A DNA stretch of 64,000 bases from assembly GCA_050633305.1 (NCBI GenBank), contig JBOEGF010000017.1, positions 14,433-78,432 on the forward strand, given 5' to 3'. Source of the stretch: Nannocystales bacterium (GTDB lineage: Bacteria > Myxococcota_A > Polyangia > Nannocystales > Nannocystaceae). The notes under the pieces are model-generated. The model was not told the origin of the DNA. It worked only from the letters and a program-made list of their open reading frames with translations, and did no database searches. The position numbers and the translations under genes are program-made. Below are positions 59,049-64,000 of this stretch, piece after piece (the first letter of the stretch is position 1; each line of letters begins with the position of its first letter).

Positions 59049-59951
59049 TTATCGCGGAAAGGTGCTGGCGAGCAGCACCGCCATCAAGAGGTTGGATGCT
59101 GCGTGAAACAAGGCTGGCGCCCACAGGGTGTTGCTGCGCCGCCACAGCCACGAGAACACCAGCGCGGGAAAGAACGTCGCCAGCCGCGAGACCTCCGCCA
59201 TCCCCACCAGGTGTCCGACCGCGAACAAGGCGCTTGCCGCGACCGCGCCCAGCCCGAGCTTGACCCCCAGAACGCGTGCCTTCGGAGGCCACAGCTCCTC
59301 GAGCGCGCTCATCAAGTAGCCCCGGTGAAACACCTCCTCGGGCAACGCGATGGCGAACACCTCCACAGCGACGGCCAACACGATGCCCAGCCCGCCGTAC
59401 TCGAGCCAGTCTGTCGGCAGCCGAATCGACTCGGGCCAGAACCCCCCACCGTGGGCCCGACACAGCCGCCCGAGATAGTTCTCGAGACCGCCCTGTGCCG
59501 GGGTCAGTGACTCTAGACCGATGACCGGTGAGAGGATCGAGAGGTCCCCGCTGCAGACGTGTTGATAGAACCAGAAGAAGGCGAGCACAAACGGTGGGAA
59601 CACCAGCAGCGCCATCACGCCCGCGACCCTGGCCCCCCGCCAATCCCACGGCGGCACCACCCCGCCGGGGCCCACCTGGTACTTCGCTTGGCGGTCCTCG
59701 TCGCGCTTGAGCATCCACTGCGGCAAGAAATAGAAGGCCCCGACCAGCGCCAAGTAGCGCAGGTCGGGATGCAGGCCGACCAGACCCAGCACCGCGTAGA
59801 CCCCGTACAAACCCGCCGTGGCCAACAACGCCCGCATCGCGACGTGTCGCGCGGTGTGCGGTGCAGATGGAGGCAGCTCGGTCACGTCGGCCGCGAGTCT
59901 ACGCCACGGATCAGCCCGCGTCCCCAAGGCCTTACGACGAGCCCGCTCCAC
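59049..59951 (-). CDS. CPBP glutamic intramembrane protease (myxosortase-like)
   Basis: IALPEEVFHRGY, LFAVGH, RLATFFPALVF and FHAASN. Confidence 0.85.
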   Translation of the reverse strand: MERARRKALGTRADPWRRLAADVTELPPSAPHTARHVAMRALLATAGLYGVYAVLGLVGLHPDLRYLALVGAFYFLPQWMLKRDEDRQAKYQVGPGGVVPPWDWRGARVAGVMALLVFPPFVLAFFWFYQHVCSGDLSILSPVIGLESLTPAQGGLENYLGRLCRAHGGGFWPESIRLPTDWLEYGGLGIVLAVAVEVFAIALPEEVFHRGYLMSALEELWPPKARVLGVKLGLGAVAASALFAVGHLVGMAEVSRLATFFPALVFSWLWRRSNTLWAPALFHAASNLLMAVLLASTFPR

Positions 59952-60045
59952 GCTCTCCAGGACAGCAGACCGACCGTAGCCGGGCCCTTGCTAGACTTGC
60001 CAGCCCCCCCACCCAGCGGTACGGCAGAGCCGTAGAGCCTTCGTC

Positions 60046-61491
60046 ATGGAACTCGATCTCGTCCTTCTCTCGCGCGCCCAGTTCGCGCTCACGATCATGT
60101 TCCACTACCTGTTCCCGCCGCTGTCCATCGGCCTGGGACTCAACATGGTGATCATGGAGGGCCTGTGGATGAAGACGGGCGAGCGGCGCTACGAAGCGAT
60201 GGCCCGGTTTTGGACCCGCATCTTCGCGGTCAACTTCGCGGTCGGTGTCGCAAGCGGCATCGTGATGGAGTTCCAGTTCGGCACCAACTGGTCGACCTAC
60301 TCGCGCTTTGTCGGTGATGTGTTCGGCTCGGCCCTGGCCGCGGAGGGCATTTTCGCGTTCTTCCTCGAATCGGGTTTTCTCGCGGTGCTCGTGTTCGGGT
60401 GGGACCGGGTCGGACGGCGCATGCACTTTTTCGCCACCTCGATGGTGTTCCTGGGCTCGGTCTTCAGCTCGGTGTGGATCGTCATCGCCAGCTCGTGGAT
60501 GCACACTCCGGCTGGTCACGAGCTTGTGGAGCACGACGGGGCGATGCGAGCCGAGGTCGTCGACTTCTGGGCGATGGTCTTCAATCCCAGCTCAATGCAT
60601 CGACTCGGGCACGTCCTGCTCGGCGCGTTCATCCTCGGAGGCTTCTTCGTCATGAGCATCTCGGCCTGGTATGTGCTCCAGCGGCGTCACGAAGACTTTG
60701 CCAGGCGCTCGTTCGTCATCGGACTCGTCGTGGCCAGTCTGGCCTCGTGGGGCGAGCTGGTCTCGGGACACGCACAAGCGCAGATGGTCGCGGAGCACCA
60801 GCCCGCCAAGCTCGCCGCGTTCGAAGGACACTTCGAGAGCACCGACGACCCCACGGGGCTGTGGCTGTTCGGTTGGCCCGATGTCGAAGCCGAAGAGGTT
60901 CGTTATGGCGTCGAAGTCCCGGGGCTCCTCACCTTCTTGGTGCACTCGGACTTCGAGACACCGATTCCCGGCCTCGACCAGATCCCGCCGGAGGACCGCC
61001 CTCCGGTTGTGATTCCCTTCCTGACCTATCACGTGATGATCGCGCTCGGCACCGCATTCATCGGCCTCACGACGTTGGCCGGGTTTCTGCTGTGGCGCAA
61101 GAAGCTGTTCGAGCAACGCTGGCTGCTGTGGGTCTTCGTGGTCGCGGTGATCGGCCCCTACCTCGCCAACCAGGCTGGCTGGATCGCGACCGAAGTGGGG
61201 CGGCAACCGTGGGTCGTGTACGGCCTGCTCCGGACGGAGGATGCGGTGTCGAACGTCGTCCCGACCGAACAGATCCTCGGTTCGCTGGTCCTGTTTTCGG
61301 TCGCGTACGCCGCCCTGTTCGCGCTTTGGGTCTACGTGCTCAACGAGAAGATCAAACACGGTCCCCCCGAACCGGAGGCGGACGCCACCGACAACGTCGG
61401 TCTGCTCGCGGCGGCGATCGGAGCCCGACGCGAGAACGCCTCGCTGACCGCGACCCGCAGTGAGTTCAGCCCGAAGCAGGAGCAGCCCTGA
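60046..61491 (+). CDS. cydA: Cytochrome bd ubiquinol oxidase subunit I
   Basis: [28 protein letters not shown] and EVGRQPW. Confidence 0.96.
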   Translation: MELDLVLLSRAQFALTIMFHYLFPPLSIGLGLNMVIMEGLWMKTGERRYEAMARFWTRIFAVNFAVGVASGIVMEFQFGTNWSTYSRFVGDVFGSALAAEGIFAFFLESGFLAVLVFGWDRVGRRMHFFATSMVFLGSVFSSVWIVIASSWMHTPAGHELVEHDGAMRAEVVDFWAMVFNPSSMHRLGHVLLGAFILGGFFVMSISAWYVLQRRHEDFARRSFVIGLVVASLASWGELVSGHAQAQMVAEHQPAKLAAFEGHFESTDDPTGLWLFGWPDVEAEEVRYGVEVPGLLTFLVHSDFETPIPGLDQIPPEDRPPVVIPFLTYHVMIALGTAFIGLTTLAGFLLWRKKLFEQRWLLWVFVVAVIGPYLANQAGWIATEVGRQPWVVYGLLRTEDAVSNVVPTEQILGSLVLFSVAYAALFALWVYVLNEKIKHGPPEPEADATDNVGLLAAAIGARRENASLTATRSEFSPKQEQP

Positions 61492-61492
61492 C

Positions 61493-62509
61493 ATGGACCT
61501 CAACCTGATCTGGTTTGTGCTGCTCGGCGTGCTCTTGATGGGCTACGCGATCCTCGACGGCTTCGACCTGGGCGTGGGCATCCTGCACCTCTTCGTCCGC
61601 GGAGACCGGGAGCGCCGACTCGTGCTCAACAGCATCGGGCCCTTGTGGGATGGCAACGAGGTTTGGCTGGTCACCTTTGGAGGGGCACTGTTCGCCGCGT
61701 TCCCCGAGGCCTACGCCACCATCTTGTCGGGGTTCTACTTCCCGGTGATGATCGTCCTGCTCGGCCTCATCGGCCGTGCGGTCTCGCTCGAGTTTCGCAG
61801 CAAGGTGAAGACCCCGCGCTGGCGAAGCTACTGGGACGTGTCGTTCTTCCTCTCCAGCTTCACCGTGACGTTTGTGTTTGGGGTCGCCCTGGGCAACATC
61901 ATCGCGGGCGTTCCGCTGTCCCCCCAAGGCGAGTACGCGGGCAGCCTCGCAACCCTCCTGGGACCCTTTGCGCTCGCAGTGGGAGCCCTTGCGGTGGCCG
62001 GCGCGGCGATGCACGGCTGCATCTACCTCTACCTCAAGACCGAGGGTGACCTACAAGCTCGCGTACAAACCTGGATCCCGCGCACATTCGGGGTCTTCGC
62101 CGTGCTGTACGTCGTCGTCTCGACGATGGCACTGCTCACGCAGCCACACACCATCTCCAACTTCACCGAACTCCCGGTCGCGTGGGTCATCGTGGCCCTC
62201 AACGTGCTCGCCGTGGCCAACATCCCCCGCGCCATCAAGTTGGGCCGGCCCGGGTACGCGTTCTTCAGCAGTTGCTGCGTCATCGCGGCGTTGACCTTCC
62301 TCGCGATGATGGCGATCTTCCCGAACCTCGTCCTGTCCACCTCGGGGACCGCGAACCTGTCCATCTACAGCGCGGCCTCGAGCCAAGGCACGCTGGAACG
62401 GATGGGAATTATCGCGTTGATCGGACTGCCCCTCATCGCGACCTACACCGGCATCGTGTACTGGGTGTTTCGCGGCAAGGTGCAACTGGGCGGAGAGAAC
62501 GCGTACTGA
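61493..62509 (+). CDS. cydB: Cytochrome bd ubiquinol oxidase subunit II
   Basis: LDGFDLGVG and IGPLWDGNEVWL. Confidence 0.96.
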   Translation: MDLNLIWFVLLGVLLMGYAILDGFDLGVGILHLFVRGDRERRLVLNSIGPLWDGNEVWLVTFGGALFAAFPEAYATILSGFYFPVMIVLLGLIGRAVSLEFRSKVKTPRWRSYWDVSFFLSSFTVTFVFGVALGNIIAGVPLSPQGEYAGSLATLLGPFALAVGALAVAGAAMHGCIYLYLKTEGDLQARVQTWIPRTFGVFAVLYVVVSTMALLTQPHTISNFTELPVAWVIVALNVLAVANIPRAIKLGRPGYAFFSSCCVIAALTFLAMMAIFPNLVLSTSGTANLSIYSAASSQGTLERMGIIALIGLPLIATYTGIVYWVFRGKVQLGGENAY

Positions 62510-62599
62510 ACCTTCAGCGTACCGACCATGTCGGTTCGGAGCTCCGCCCGGAGGTGGGGTCCGAGACGACGGGCGTCGCACTCTTGCCCGCGCAGCTCG

Positions 62600-63499
62600 T
62601 CACCGCCCGCTTGGACTTGGCGCAAGGACACGCTCGAGCGTCATGTGGAGATGACTCTTGAGCGCCCGCAGGACGCTGTCGCACTCCGAGTTGGTGAGCG
62701 AGAGCTGTCCGATCAGATGTCGGCGTGTCGCCGCGAGCAGGAGACGACGCGCCCGGACCAGGTGCCGCGAGATCGATACGCGGTGCAGACTGCGCTGCCG
62801 ACCAAGCTGCTGCGTCGTCAGTCCGTCGACGTAGTGCTGCAGCAGCAGGCTCTTGTCGTCGGCTCCCAGTTCGGCGAATGCGGCCTCCATCGCACGCTGC
62901 ACGTCGCCGGCGAAGCGCTGGCGTTCGTACCCGACCTCGGGACGCCCGCCCAATGCGTCGGGTACGCACATGGCCTCGAGCACGCTTTGCTCCACCGACG
63001 GCTGTTTGGCCTGCCGACGACGGGCCTTCACGGCGCTTCGCACCGCGCAGATTCGCAGCCAGTGGAACAACTCGGCCCGTCCGCCGTACCGCGCAAGCCC
63101 GCCCCCGGGTATCGACGGCAACAGCAAGCTCTCCCGCAACGCGGAGACCACTTCGTCGGCACCCGCCGACTCGATGCGCTCGACCACGGGGCCCAGTCGG
63201 CGGAAGTAGACCCGTTCGAGCTGCGAGAGGGCGCCAGCGTCACCTTGCACACACGCGAAGGCGAGATATAGGTCAGCGATGCGGAGTTCAGCGAGGGCGT
63301 CCGGAGACGGCCCCGACTCGACCCGTTCGGCGACGTAGGCGATGAAGCTCGATGGGGACAGGTCGATGGACGGCCACGTTGCGCGCGCGGTCGACACCCA
63401 GCCTTCAAGCAGTGAGGGAAGCCCGTGCCAGCCCGCGAATCTGGGATCACCCGATCCCGGAAGCGCTGCGAGAAAGGCGTCGACAAGCTCGGAAGCCAT
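62600..63499 (-). CDS. Myxobacterial ECF-like sigma-70 factor
   Basis: WPSIDLS...F, DLYLAFAC..GD..AL, YGGR.EL..WLR and a region-4-like HTH. Confidence 0.82.
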   Translation of the reverse strand: MASELVDAFLAALPGSGDPRFAGWHGLPSLLEGWVSTARATWPSIDLSPSSFIAYVAERVESGPSPDALAELRIADLYLAFACVQGDAGALSQLERVYFRRLGPVVERIESAGADEVVSALRESLLLPSIPGGGLARYGGRAELFHWLRICAVRSAVKARRRQAKQPSVEQSVLEAMCVPDALGGRPEVGYERQRFAGDVQRAMEAAFAELGADDKSLLLQHYVDGLTTQQLGRQRSLHRVSISRHLVRARRLLLAATRRHLIGQLSLTNSECDSVLRALKSHLHMTLERVLAPSPSGR

Positions 63500-64000
63500 G
63501 CCGGGTACGACGACGGAAGCCGACGAATTCTTCGATGCGGGTCGCAGGTGTTTGCACCCGGACGAAGTCGCGGCCTTCGTCGCTTCCCCCGAGGATGCCG
63601 CCGCCACCGCCGCGGTCCACGAACACATCGCGACGTGCCCGGTCTGCCGGGCCTGGGTCTCCGAGCTTGCACGTGCGTCCTGGCTCGAAGCACACCCACG
63701 ACCCGTCGACCGTCCTTCCGCGCCACCGGACGACACGCGCTACCTGCCGCTTGTGAAGCTCGGCGAGGGCTCGATGGGAACGGTCTGGGCGGCTTACGAC
63801 GCGATGCTGGACCGTGAGGTCGCACTCAAGGTGCTCGACACCACCCGTCCCTCCAGCACGAGCGCGGTGGCACGGCTTCGTACAGAGGCCCGAGCGTTGG
63901 CCGCCCTGTCCCACCCCAACGTGGTCGAGATCCTCGACGTGGAGTTCGAGGGGCCCACTCCAAGGATCGCGATGCCGGTCGTCGAGGGACCCACGCTGGA
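63498..64000 (+). CDS. Ser/Thr kinase with N-terminal zinc-binding anti-sigma-like motif (partial, runs off window)
   Basis: Manual translation: C...HEHIATCPVC (HxxxCxxC), then LGEGSMGTVWAAYD.MLDREVALK...EARALAALSHPNV. Confidence 0.88.
   Translation, partial: MPGTTTEADEFFDAGRRCLHPDEVAAFVASPEDAAATAAVHEHIATCPVCRAWVSELARASWLEAHPRPVDRPSAPPDDTRYLPLVKLGEGSMGTVWAAYDAMLDREVALKVLDTTRPSSTSAVARLRTEARALAALSHPNVVEILDVEFEGPTPRIAMPVVEGPTL

Noticed and set aside
27053..63345. Numerous long Arg/Pro/Ala-rich overlapping ORFs
   Set aside because: Typical high-GC shadow frames overlapping well-supported genes.

Overview
High-GC window that looks myxobacterial (Nannocystaceae/Plesiocystis-like), judged from Cys-rich lipoproteins, a MYXO-CTERM-like tail, TPR Ser/Thr kinases and a myxobacterial ECF-like sigma factor. 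About 1-19 kb is an accessory island. It is punctuated by five same-orientation copies of a ~170-bp non-coding repeat and has a strong C-over-G skew on the + strand. It carries a HEPN-like gene, a GIY-YIG gene, a DUF4041/T5orf172 gene, many orphan lipoproteins, apparent gene fragments and an oddly arranged T6SS effector module (thiolase-like adaptor, stand-alone DUF4150 PAAR-like, PD-(D/E)xK toxin, DUF3396 immunity, DUF2169). At 19.3-24.1 kb is a co-directional cluster of a DUF5819/SdpA-like gene, an HTTM/SdpB-like gene, a carboxypeptidase-regulatory-repeat protein and a small secreted Gln/Leu-rich peptide, a candidate new peptide-modification system. From ~27 kb on the content is mostly core-like: UbiA/MenA-like prenyltransferase, an amidohydrolase pair, PLP decarboxylase, RidA, speA, ettA, a GluR0-like channel, metF, birA, nadC, a CPBP protease, cydAB, an ECF sigma factor and kinases. 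Many start codons lie 6-8 nt after a TANNNT box, suggesting widespread leaderless transcription. I recognised no rRNA, tRNA, CRISPR array, integrase or transposase. All family calls come from motif recognition by eye, not database searches.
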